In this document: in pieces, positions 37,554 to 45,277 of the stretch
Position numbering within the stretch: position 1 is the first letter of the stretch
Layout of the letters: every line of letters starts with the position of its first letter
Assembly (NCBI RefSeq): GCF_053078305.1
Contig: NZ_CP166879.1
Strand: one strand, 5' to 3'
Length of the DNA stretch: 64,000 nt
The notes under the pieces: model-generated
Told to the model about the DNA's origin: nothing
Database searches by the model: none
The model's input: the letters and a program-made list of their open reading frames with translations, nothing else
Translations under genes and position numbers: made by a program

Positions 37554-38873
37554 ATGACTTTTACTATTACACAAGACAGACAATTGGCTTCATTGACCGT
37601 TACTAAAGAAGAAAAAGAAATCTTATTTGCTGTAAAATCTAAAGCTGGGGGAGGACTCTTTATACGCGTTCGTTATGGTAGCGACAATAAAAGCTGGATT
37701 TATCGTTATCGAATAGCTCAAAAGCCAGCTAAATTAACACTAGGTAGTTACCCTGCCATGGGATTAGCTCAAGCTCGTAAAGCTCATGCGGATGCAATTG
37801 AATTAGTAAGAAAAGGTATAGATCCTCGTCATATTAGAAAAAATGAAAAACAAAAAAATGAACAAATGATTATTTACTCTGAATTATGGAAAGATTGGAT
37901 AGAATTCAGAAAGACAAGTAAACCAATTAGCACCAGAACCCTTGCAGATTATGAAGGGACTTATCACCGCCACCTTGAAAAAGCATTAGGAAACCTTCGC
38001 ATTGACGAACTTACCAAAAGCGTTATTTTTGAACATCTCAGTAATGTAAGAAAAACCAGTTCTGAAGCAGTTCGTAAAGGATTAATTATTCTAAATATGA
38101 CTCTTGATCATGCCAACTTACAGGGTATGCTTGAGCATAACCCAGCACGACTGCTCAAACCAGCAATGTTTGGTGCATCGATGAATAAACCTCGCGAGCG
38201 ATGGCTTCCTGAGAATGAACTCCGGATGCTATGGAAGGCTTTGGATGATGCTACTGTTGGAGGAGGCTCCATTGCATCTGGTGGCTATGGAATTTCCTCT
38301 AGTGTGGTATTATCTCATTCTGTCGCAAATGCACTCCGTTTGATTATTTTCACAGGAGTGCGCCGCTCTGAAGCGGCACAAATGCGCTGGGATCAAATTA
38401 ATGGAGAGCGTTGGACCATACCAGCCACTAAAAATGGGAAAAGCCATATTGTTACTTTACATCCGTATATGCTTTCTTTAATAAAAACACAACGTGAATT
38501 CACTGAAGGTGCATATGTTTTTGGTTCTACTAGCAAACCTGGCTTTCCCATCACAAATGACGCTCTGACTCGCGCGTTAGAAAGGGTTCGCTCTAAGTAT
38601 CTAGCCGAACTTACTCCATTTTCTCCTCATGATCTGCGTAGAAGTGTTGCGACTGGATGCGCTGAATACCTTGATGCTCCAGAGCGCCTAATAGAGTTAC
38701 TGTTAAATCATGTACCCAAAGACCGTTTAATACGAACATATCAAGTCGGACAACAAGCTGAAAAATTAAAAAATTTATTTATAGAATGGGGGAATTTTAT
38801 TATGAATAACGTCATTACTGTGCAGCAGAATGCTCCGGATAATGTTATTCATATAAAATTTGGGAACAGATGA
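37554..38873 (+). CDS. intF: tyrosine recombinase, P4-like prophage integrase
   Basis: ORF 37518..38873; N-terminal arm-binding/SAM-like region and C-terminal catalytic domain (HDLRRSVATG ... LLNHV... Y); adjacent to tRNA fragment; symbol by analogy to the CP4-6 integrase. Confidence 0.85.
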   Translation: MTFTITQDRQLASLTVTKEEKEILFAVKSKAGGGLFIRVRYGSDNKSWIYRYRIAQKPAKLTLGSYPAMGLAQARKAHADAIELVRKGIDPRHIRKNEKQKNEQMIIYSELWKDWIEFRKTSKPISTRTLADYEGTYHRHLEKALGNLRIDELTKSVIFEHLSNVRKTSSEAVRKGLIILNMTLDHANLQGMLEHNPARLLKPAMFGASMNKPRERWLPENELRMLWKALDDATVGGGSIASGGYGISSSVVLSHSVANALRLIIFTGVRRSEAAQMRWDQINGERWTIPATKNGKSHIVTLHPYMLSLIKTQREFTEGAYVFGSTSKPGFPITNDALTRALERVRSKYLAELTPFSPHDLRRSVATGCAEYLDAPERLIELLLNHVPKDRLIRTYQVGQQAEKLKNLFIEWGNFIMNNVITVQQNAPDNVIHIKFGNR

Positions 38874-38965
38874 TAAAAATACATGCATGGTCTGAGATAC
38901 CCTGTCTACTCGACCATGCAGTATGGTTCAACTAAATCAGTCACAACAAGAAATGATTAGTTTTA

Positions 38966-39814
38966 TTAGATATTGTATGGGATTATTTCTGGATAATACT
39001 TCGCAATGATGTCATTTAGCCGATCAACCAGTTCTGGTTTTCTGAACGTGATATGCGCGGAGCCCTTCTTAAAGTATCTGATGCTGAACATCTCATCTTC
39101 ATAGCAGGCTTTGCCCTGAACGGAGCGGATGTGATCATCCAGCCGAATAATGATATTTTCCCGGCTGTCGGGGATCGGTTTGCCGCTGAACAGGTGCAGC
39201 ATTCTTTCCAGGTCGGCAAGTCGATCTGCCTGTTGCCCGGTGATAAGATGCAATCCCCACCGGTCCCACCTCACCAGATTGTTGACGATAATTTTACTGC
39301 CAAATTTACAGGGGCAATTGGTTTTGTAATCCCAGCTCAGTCCCCTGAAGACGTTGATGACCCCACGCTCAAACACTTCATCCTTATTCTGGTGTAGCTG
39401 CTCAAACGTACTCAGTATATTCTCTTCACTGATTTCCGGAAAATTATCGTACTCCAGTGACCGGTACCATGTATCACGGGCCTGTGCATCCATTAAGGAA
39501 AGCATCCCTGAACGTTGCATCAGGTCACGCCAGATTTCACGGTCAAGGTTGCGGGTGATGGCTTTCATTGCCGTTTCAGGTTTCTCCATCAGCCAGCAAC
39601 CGCAGCGAAAATCCTGTTTCATGGCCCAGTCCGGAGCAGTTTTACCTCCAATACTTTCTGTCATTGCTGATATTTCAGCCAGTTGCCGGATAAGTGTGTC
39701 GATTTGCAGAAGTGTGCTCTTTCGTACAGCCAAAATGTGGCGGATACTGGTTGAGCAGATAACGTCCGTATGCCCGTTGACCACTTCCGGACGGGCGATT
39801 GTGATGCCTGACAT
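38966..39814 (-). CDS. hypothetical island protein (282 aa), function unknown
   Basis: long ORF with coding-like composition between integrase and a hairpin; CGC and CPC motifs; no family recognised. Confidence 0.5.
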   Translation of the reverse strand: MSGITIARPEVVNGHTDVICSTSIRHILAVRKSTLLQIDTLIRQLAEISAMTESIGGKTAPDWAMKQDFRCGCWLMEKPETAMKAITRNLDREIWRDLMQRSGMLSLMDAQARDTWYRSLEYDNFPEISEENILSTFEQLHQNKDEVFERGVINVFRGLSWDYKTNCPCKFGSKIIVNNLVRWDRWGLHLITGQQADRLADLERMLHLFSGKPIPDSRENIIIRLDDHIRSVQGKACYEDEMFSIRYFKKGSAHITFRKPELVDRLNDIIAKYYPEIIPYNI

Positions 39815-39830
39815 AATCGGTTTTCCTTTC

Positions 39831-39869
39831 TGTTTATAAATGAAAACGCCAGCCGTATTCAGGCTGGCG
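39831..39869 (-). terminator. putative intrinsic terminator downstream of the TA/yeeW-like operon
   Basis: hairpin acgccagcc-gtattca-ggctggcgt followed on minus strand by T-rich tract. Confidence 0.4.
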
Positions 39870-40127
39870 TCGGGGGAATGAAGTGTGGTGAGAAAGATAA
39901 TGAGTGAAACTCACCGGTTCAGGTGCTGAAACTGCAGATGGCGCAGAGTTCGGACATCCTGTCGCGCCTGTTCGATACAGGGCAACAGTGCTGCCGAATC
40001 CGTTTTATCCTCATCGTTGTCAAAGATAATTTCCGATTCGCAGTCAATATTGTCCTGCAGCCACGCAATCAGAATATCCAGCGCCGTTTCTGTGGTTAAT
40101 AATTTCATCCAGTGTCTTTTGTCCTGA

Positions 40128-40616
40128 TTACCAGTCGAAAGTGGGGAACCCCGGCAGACATTCTGCGCTGGCGTCCAGATGAATGAGACTGACGCCATAA
40201 CGCCGGGTGAGTGTGACAACCAGACGACGGAACGTTTTTGACAGGCCCAGGCGCTTAAGCCGCAGAACCGGGTATGACCACGCATCGGTACGTAACAGAT
40301 AGCCGCTGCCTGTAAAATGAATCCATTCTGATTCACCAACGTCACTGGTCTGGTGTGACAGCGAGTACAGCCAGGCGTTGTCCGTTTCCGTGATATGTGC
40401 GGTACTGCAGCGTATGCCGGTAAGGGCAGCAGAGGGGGGTATGCTGTCTGTTGAGGTCCGGTCAGATTCATCAACAACACGAAGGGAGTAGCCATTATCG
40501 CAGACCACGTTAATCAGTTCGGCAAGCTCAACACCATCGACGTCAACGACAATTCGCCCCATGTTCAGTGCCTGTACGTTAACGCTGTCAGCTTCCAGCG
40601 TCAGGGCCAGTTTCAT
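40128..40616 (-). CDS. YeeW-like protein, translationally coupled downstream of the CbtA toxin gene
   Basis: 162-aa ORF starting immediately after toxin stop; identification by position and partial recollection of YeeW sequence. Confidence 0.5.
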   Translation of the reverse strand: MKLALTLEADSVNVQALNMGRIVVDVDGVELAELINVVCDNGYSLRVVDESDRTSTDSIPPSAALTGIRCSTAHITETDNAWLYSLSHQTSDVGESEWIHFTGSGYLLRTDAWSYPVLRLKRLGLSKTFRRLVVTLTRRYGVSLIHLDASAECLPGFPTFDW

Positions 40617-40990
40617 CGTTTTGCCTCCGGATGCTTGCCCCGGGTAATGTTATTTACCATTCTGTAATTGTTCCGGGTCATCAGGCCGGTCGCCCTGCGA
40701 GCCCGGAGAATATCAATGCTGTTGATTAACTGCGACGGGGCTCCTGCGCTGAATCCCGGCTGGTCGGTACGTACCAGCGCGTATTTTTCAACGAGAAATT
40801 TCACCGCGTCACACAGTGAAATCCCTGCCTCAATATGCTGCTCAATCACACGTTCATCAGCGAACGGTGTGTCATTCAGCGTAAGGCCATAGTGCTGGTC
40901 CAGCAGTCGGGTGAGCAGTGTCTGCCAGATTTCAACAGGAGATGGGCGTGAACTGGCCGACTGCCCGGGTAATACAGGTAATGTTTTCAT
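40613..40990 (-). CDS. cbtA: CbtA/YeeV-family type IV toxin (cytoskeleton-binding toxin)
   Basis: ORF 40613..41131; from internal Met the product [63 protein letters not shown]... matches the CbtA family throughout. Confidence 0.85.
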   Translation of the reverse strand: MKTLPVLPGQSASSRPSPVEIWQTLLTRLLDQHYGLTLNDTPFADERVIEQHIEAGISLCDAVKFLVEKYALVRTDQPGFSAGAPSQLINSIDILRARRATGLMTRNNYRMVNNITRGKHPEAKR

Positions 40991-41079
40991 ACTGAAGATT
41001 TTCCTGATATGCAGAGATAAAAAATGGGAAAGTGGCGTGGTGAAAACACCAGGCCGTAGCAGAAGGCTATTCTGGAGGG

Positions 41080-41448
41080 TTAATTTTTCATTTCGGGCGT
41101 CGGATAAACAGCCAGATAAACGTAACCACAACTGCCGAGGGTATCGGCTTTGCAGGTCAGCCCTTTTGCATACAGCGTGACGGTATGCTGATGGCGGGGA
41201 TTCAGTTCACCGCTGGTGAGCATGAGTTCCAGTTGTTTCATCAGCAGCGGAAAGGCCTGGTCCAGGTGGTACGCATCCGCGTCGCTGAACCGGCCTCTGA
41301 TACCGGCGCGGTCGGCAAGGTAATGCAACCGGTTACCCTCCTGCACCAGACGGGCGCCGAAACAGGGCGTCGCGGTGCAGGGTAGCCCCCACCAGGGGCG
41401 GTCGTGATTGTCGTCGGGATGCGTTGTCCCGGGGAGTGTGTCTGACAC
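41080..41448 (-). CDS. cbeA: CbeA/YeeU-family type IV antitoxin
   Basis: ORF 41080..41568; GTG start at 41448 with GAGGA RBS gives (M)[51 protein letters not shown]..., a CbeA-family sequence. Confidence 0.85.
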   Translation of the reverse strand: MSDTLPGTTHPDDNHDRPWWGLPCTATPCFGARLVQEGNRLHYLADRAGIRGRFSDADAYHLDQAFPLLMKQLELMLTSGELNPRHQHTVTLYAKGLTCKADTLGSCGYVYLAVYPTPEMKN

Positions 41449-41497
41449 GATAAAATCCTCACAGAAAATCGGTGAATGATAGTTTAACGATGACGGG

Positions 41498-42145
41498 TCA
41501 GCCGGCGCGCAGACCGGCTTCGGTGAAGGTGTATTTGTTGATGAGAAGGGTCTCATCAACAGCGGCATCTGAGGTCAGCCAGTCATACTCGTTTTCCAGT
41601 TGACGGTACAACCAGAAGGCCAGGTCGCGCAGGGCTTCGCTGACTGCGGCTTCCGCATCGGTTGTCATTACCTGACCAGTCGGACTGTTCCGGGTGACGG
41701 TGATATCCATGCTGTACGGATGGCAGTAGCGTCCCCGGAGATTGATTTCAGCCTGAAGCTGCCAGAAGTTACGTTTCTGCACCACCTGCAGGGCATCCGC
41801 GATACGATGAAGCTCACGGTCCTGCGGGGCATATTCCCGGAGCCTCCTGGCTGTTGCTGACTGCCAGTGCCAGCGTCCTTCAAAACAGGCTCCGTCCCCC
41901 TGGCTGCAGAATCCGCTGAACCAGATGCACGGCTCTTCCATAAACCTGCCACTGCTGAGCCGGAAAACGCGCTGGCGGAGGTCAATTCCGAAAATGCCAC
42001 AGACCGCCCTGAAGTCCTCGTACACGTTTTCATACCAGTTGCTGTCAGAATGGTGCACACGGTACCAGTCGCGGGCTTTTTCCCGTGCAGAAGGGCAGGA
42101 AAGTTCATCCAGCGTATACACTGTGGTGGTGATAATGCTGCTCAT
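41498..42145 (-). CDS. hypothetical 215-aa protein inserted between yeeT-like and cbeA (Trp/Cys-rich)
   Basis: long ORF in the module's transcription direction; not part of the canonical yeeS-yeeT-cbeA-cbtA arrangement; several alternative-frame ORFs overlap so the frame is uncertain. Confidence 0.35.
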   Translation of the reverse strand: MSSIITTTVYTLDELSCPSAREKARDWYRVHHSDSNWYENVYEDFRAVCGIFGIDLRQRVFRLSSGRFMEEPCIWFSGFCSQGDGACFEGRWHWQSATARRLREYAPQDRELHRIADALQVVQKRNFWQLQAEINLRGRYCHPYSMDITVTRNSPTGQVMTTDAEAAVSEALRDLAFWLYRQLENEYDWLTSDAAVDETLLINKYTFTEAGLRAG

Positions 42146-42163
42146 CAGAATCCCCTTTCTGAC

Positions 42164-42385
42164 TCAGTTCAGAGTAACGCTCATCAACCGGACATACGGG
42201 CCAAAACTGTCCTTACGGCGTTCAGCAAACACGGCCAGCACACCGGGAATATCCTGCACTTCACGACCGGTATACGTTTCAGCACTGCCGTGCCAGCGGT
42301 ACTTACCGGTACAGAACGGAAAAAGACGGGATGCAGGATGCTGTTGGTGAATACGCATGGCTTCACCACGGGTGATAATTTTCAT
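42164..42385 (-). CDS. yeeT: YeeT-like DUF987 protein (73 aa)
   Basis: MKIITRGEAMRIHQQHP...FPFCTGKYRWHG...GPYVRLMSVTLN matches the YeeT/YkfH family. Confidence 0.8.
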   Translation of the reverse strand: MKIITRGEAMRIHQQHPASRLFPFCTGKYRWHGSAETYTGREVQDIPGVLAVFAERRKDSFGPYVRLMSVTLN

Positions 42386-42453
42386 GATGGGATACCTCTG
42401 AAGACAGAAGATAAAAGTGAAAACAAGTGTGATGTGGTTGTGATGGTGACGGG

Positions 42454-42930
42454 TTAAAGCAGACCGTGTTCAGCAAAGGAGAAAACCTGGCTGCCACCGA
42501 TTATCAGATGGTCCGGCACCCGGATATCCACCAGGGCCAGTGCCTGTACCAGACGTTCCGTAATAAGGCGGTCAGCCTTACTGGGTGTGACTTCACCTGA
42601 CGGGTGATTGTGCGCCAGCACCACGGCAGCGGCATTGTGGTACAGGGCACGTTTAATCACTTCCCGGGGATGGACTTCCGTGCGGTTGATGGTGCCGGTG
42701 AAGAGGGTTTCACCGGCAATCAGCTGATTCTGATTGTTCAGATACAGCACCCGGAACTCTTCCCGCTCCAGTCCCGCCATGTTCAGAATCAGCCACTCCC
42801 GTGCCGCACGGGTGGAGGTGAAGGCCACGCCGGGTTCATGAAGATGGCGGTCCAGGGTTTTCAGGGCCCGCAGAATGAGACTGCGCTCGCCGGGCGTCAT
42901 CTCTCCGGGCAGAAAGGAAAGCTGTTGCAT
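42454..42930 (-). CDS. yeeS: RadC-like JAB-domain protein (YeeS/YkfG family)
   Basis: ORF 42454..42945; JAMM-like motif HNHPSGEVTPSKADRLITERL; conserved island position. Confidence 0.85.
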   Translation of the reverse strand: MQQLSFLPGEMTPGERSLILRALKTLDRHLHEPGVAFTSTRAAREWLILNMAGLEREEFRVLYLNNQNQLIAGETLFTGTINRTEVHPREVIKRALYHNAAAVVLAHNHPSGEVTPSKADRLITERLVQALALVDIRVPDHLIIGGSQVFSFAEHGLL

Positions 42931-42945
42931 TGTGCTTCTCTCCAT

Positions 42946-43452
42946 TCAGTCGATGATGCGCATAATGGCGCTGCATTCCGGATGCTGCAGGGCGTAATCC
43001 CGCAGCCGGTAATAATGGACCGTCATGGCATAACACTCCGTACGACAGGCATGATGACTGTACGTCATCAGACAGGCAGCAATGCCGGCAGCTTCCGGAC
43101 TCATTTCAGCGCGGTTACCGTTCATGGCATTGAACAGCACCCATGTTTCGTCATCATCATCCGGTTCGGGCGCCATAAATGCGCCACCGTTGTTCAGGGT
43201 GTACAGACTCCAGATACCACCGCAGTAGTCTTCACACAGACGGTCCATCCAGCCGAAGATACGGGGCTCCAGGGTCACCCACTGTGGAATGAGGCCAAAG
43301 TGCTGCGGCCAGAAGCTGATGCGCTGTTCATCAGGGACGGGAGTGGCAACCAGTTGAGACTGGTTATTCCCTGATGCAGCGGTCACGGAAACAGAAGGTG
43401 TGGTGGAATTATGCGAAGAGGTTGTCATGAGATTATTCCTTATAAAAAGCAA
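42946..43452 (-). CDS. antirestriction protein (KlcA/ArdB-like, YfjX/YafX family)
   Basis: 168 aa, acidic, Trp-rich; conserved position upstream of radC-like gene. Confidence 0.75.
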   Translation of the reverse strand: MLFIRNNLMTTSSHNSTTPSVSVTAASGNNQSQLVATPVPDEQRISFWPQHFGLIPQWVTLEPRIFGWMDRLCEDYCGGIWSLYTLNNGGAFMAPEPDDDDETWVLFNAMNGNRAEMSPEAAGIAACLMTYSHHACRTECYAMTVHYYRLRDYALQHPECSAIMRIID

Positions 43453-43516
43453 ATGAATGGAAGAAGTCGCGGGGCAGGGACGGACATGTCAGAACTGCGC
43501 TTTCAGGGAAAAGGCA

Positions 43517-44335
43517 TCAGCGCATACTCTCCAGCAGTGTTTCTGCCATCACCCACAACGCCCGGTTGAGCTTAATGTCGGTGTCGATGCTGTGAATGGC
43601 ACGGGTATGGATACGTTTCCCTCTGGCACTGCGACCGGAAATCCCGCCTTTCAGCATATTTTCCTGGATGGTCTGATAAGTACTCCACAGGTCCTTACCG
43701 TAATCCTCCCGGCGTCGTGGTGTCAGAATGTCGGCGGTGGTGACGGGCTGATGTTCGTCACCATAACGGTAAGTCAGCGCCGCCTGTGCCAGCGCCTGAC
43801 GTGCCGGTGGCGGTAAGAGCAGCGACTGCATGGCATCACGCTTTTCCTCAATCCGGTCAAAAACGCCCACCACTTCGTAAGCCCCTTCAATAACTTTCTC
43901 CACCACGTCTCCCCGGTGCGGAACACGCACCTCTCCCAGAGACTGACCGCAGACGCACCCGTTCTGACAAACGAATCTGAAGTAACCCGGCAGCATCTGG
44001 TAGCTGGAGGTACCGTCATGGGAATTGAGCAGGATGATTTCCGGGACATGCTGTCCGTTTATCTCTCCGGCCCGCCGCAGACGCAGCATGTGTTTTGTGT
44101 ATCCCCGGCGGCCCGGGTCACGTACGCGGGTCTGGCAGGCGAAGAATGGCTGAAAACCTTCCCGCTGCAGGCTTTCCAGTACGGTGATGGTGGGGATCCA
44201 GGTATAGTTCTCGCTTCTGGATGTGTGCTTATCTTCCCCGAATACGCTGGGGACGACTTGCATCAGTTCTTCGCGAGTTAAGGGGCGGTCACGGCGTATC
44301 TGGTTCGCATAACCAAAACGACTGGCTAATCGCAT
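43517..44335 (-). CDS. DUF932-family protein (YfjQ/YafZ-like)
   Basis: 272 aa; conserved island position and family-typical sequence (LLNSHDGTSSYQMLPGYFRFVCQNG). Confidence 0.75.
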   Translation of the reverse strand: MRLASRFGYANQIRRDRPLTREELMQVVPSVFGEDKHTSRSENYTWIPTITVLESLQREGFQPFFACQTRVRDPGRRGYTKHMLRLRRAGEINGQHVPEIILLNSHDGTSSYQMLPGYFRFVCQNGCVCGQSLGEVRVPHRGDVVEKVIEGAYEVVGVFDRIEEKRDAMQSLLLPPPARQALAQAALTYRYGDEHQPVTTADILTPRRREDYGKDLWSTYQTIQENMLKGGISGRSARGKRIHTRAIHSIDTDIKLNRALWVMAETLLESMR

Positions 44336-44746
44336 AATTTGCTCCTTATCGGTGGTTAAGATTTGCTGGTGTAATAAATGAAAAAGCCACGTCTCCCGGA
44401 GAAGACGCGGCCTGATGGGTGAAATGAATGACGTTTATTGTCTGAGAAGACCGTCACTGGCGAGCCGCGTATTAAGCACCTTTCCGGCATCGGGTTCAGA
44501 ATTCCGGCTGCGCCAGCGTCGCTGACCTTCCGCGTTGCGGATAACCCGACGGAAATGCATTCCCGGGTCATTCTGGATAAACACATTGCGGTAAGCGGTT
44601 ATGACAGCAACCGCCTGCCCGTATGAGAAAGATCCTTCAGCCAGGACATACTCTGTGTAACCCGGCATATCTGTTTTCTCCTGATAAATAAAAAGCCTCT
44701 GCCACGCGTTGTGACAGAGGCTGAAGCATGAAACTGACTTCAGGGA

Positions 44747-45202
44747 TCAGTTAACGTTTTTTCCGGAAACGGTAATCAGCAGTGGATGGTAGTCCTGGGG
44801 ATCGAAAACCGATAACGGCAGACTGACACGATGGCCGTTACTTTCTTCAGTTGCTTTAATGATTTCGGTTGTGGCGATATTTTCCACGCACTCCGTTTCC
44901 AGAAATGCGTCTGTGGTTCGCGTGGCATTACTGTCACCAAAAGCTTCCGTTTCCATTTTTCTGGTCACCAGCGTCTGACCATATTTGTCTTTGAGTTGCA
45001 GAGTGATGGTGAGGGGGCCAAATCCTTCACCGTTTCCGCCATTATCCAGCCGGAACTGGTAAGCACAAATATTTCCCGGGAGCCATATCGTATCTGTATT
45101 GCGTATACTGATGTAACGATGATCCTGTGCCCGGAGTGGGGCAGACCACGTTAACCCCAGAATGAAGGCGGTAATCATGCAGGTTTTGAACAGGTGAATC
45201 AT
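44747..45202 (-). CDS. small secreted/lipoprotein-like island protein
   Basis: 151 aa with N-terminal signal peptide MIHLFKTCMITAFILGLTWSAPLRA. Confidence 0.5.
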   Translation of the reverse strand: MIHLFKTCMITAFILGLTWSAPLRAQDHRYISIRNTDTIWLPGNICAYQFRLDNGGNGEGFGPLTITLQLKDKYGQTLVTRKMETEAFGDSNATRTTDAFLETECVENIATTEIIKATEESNGHRVSLPLSVFDPQDYHPLLITVSGKNVN

Positions 45203-45277
45203 GGTATTTACCTCTCTGAGTCATGACGATGACACTGACAAATCAGGTGATAAAACGTAAAAGGCGCAGAATAGCCG

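Noticed and set aside
39911-40495. 194-aa minus-strand ORF
   Set aside because: Overlaps the YeeW-like ORF in another frame; the YeeW-like frame is translationally coupled to cbtA and is preferred.
41867-43374. Plus-strand ORFs of 196 and 256 aa (41867..42457, 42604..43374)
   Set aside because: Antisense to yeeT, radC-like and antirestriction genes, which have recognisable family sequences; high-GC island DNA yields long spurious frames.
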